Source of the DNA: a virus
DNA: 51,024 nucleotides
Virus record (IMG/VR): IMGVR_UViG_3300030098_005111
Reading direction: 5' to 3' (one strand)
Position numbers and translations under genes: made by a program. This document shows positions 50,689 through 51,024 of this stretch, one piece after another (position 1 is the stretch's first letter; each line of letters starts with the position of its first letter). Below the pieces are notes generated by a model. The model saw only the letters and a list, made by a program, of their open reading frames with translations, was not told where the DNA came from and ran no database searches.

Positions 50689-51024
50689 TATTCGCTCGAG
50701 TTTTATGTTTGAATCTGCATAATTGGCTCGCTCTGTGGTTATGTTTCTATCAATTTATATGGCTCGCTCCGTCGGAGTGTTTCTATCTCATCATGTGGCT
50801 CGCTCCCCAAATTTGTTTCTATCGCGCTCTGTGGCTCGCTCCTGTCAAGTGTTTCTATCTTTTCAGATGGCTCGCTCGATAGTCTTATTTCTGTCCTTCT
50901 TATTGGCTCGCTCTGCGGATATGTTTCTATCTAATTTAATGGCTCGCTCTACATTTTTGTTTCAATCATTCCTCTGGGCTTGCTTTAGTATAATGTTTCT
51001 TTCACGTACATTGACTCGCTCCGG
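50689..51024. repeat. Left arm of the same 36-bp iteron array, continuous with 1..452 across the junction
   Basis: Box A starts at 50689 (degenerate TATTCGCTC),50725,50761,50797,50833,50869,50905,50941,50977,51013. Box B starts at 50706 (degenerate),50742,50778,50814,50850,50886 (degenerate),50922,50958,50994. The phase matches the right arm once the 77-nt overlap is removed. Confidence 0.9.
50948..51024. repeat. Partner copy of the 77-nt terminal overlap
   Basis: Exact identity with nt 1..77. Confidence 0.9.

Overview
The window is a complete phage genome that closes into a circle. Nt 1-77 are identical to nt 50948-51024, an assembler-style overlap, so the non-redundant unit is 50,947 bp. 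It is AT-rich by eye. I saw no tRNA, rRNA, CRISPR array, integrase or transposon. Layout: (i) one large non-coding region wraps the junction (50689..51024 plus 1..452) and consists of 20 perfectly phased 36-bp bipartite repeats. (ii) A minus-strand early block (464..2091) starts with a helix-hairpin-helix protein resembling only the C-terminal domain of IS110-type transposases. (iii) A divergent control region sits at 2092..2454. (iv) TerS and a VRR-NUC nuclease are followed by a ~4.7-kb island of small mixed-orientation ORFs that separates TerS from TerL and holds three G-run (TTCGGG-type) islands. (v) A long plus-strand morphogenesis and lysis block (7671..37817) encodes TerL, a GTA-type holin-like protein, portal, four lysine-rich proteins, a GroES-like protein, scaffold, capsid, fibre-like proteins, large internal-virion-like proteins, an M15 endolysin and small membrane proteins. 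It looks podovirus-like because I recognised no sheath or tape-measure signature, but that is tentative. (vi) A minus-strand block (37814..46546) encodes very basic small proteins, family-A DNA polymerase, an SF1 helicase, an AEP primase-polymerase and an SSB-like protein. (vii) An SNF2 helicase and small ORFs lie on the plus strand. (viii) A minus-strand PAPS-reductase-like gene is translationally coupled to a C5-cytosine methyltransferase. The items most worth a second look are the 720-bp iteron array with its neighbouring HhH protein, and the methyltransferase locus. At that locus two almost co-extensive same-strand reading frames each carry part of the canonical methyltransferase motif set. 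Also notable are the G-quadruplex-type islands, a 54-nt segment present twice in circularly permuted order, and a C-terminal motif shared by four consecutive basic head-module proteins. All functional calls come from motifs read by eye; no database search was possible.
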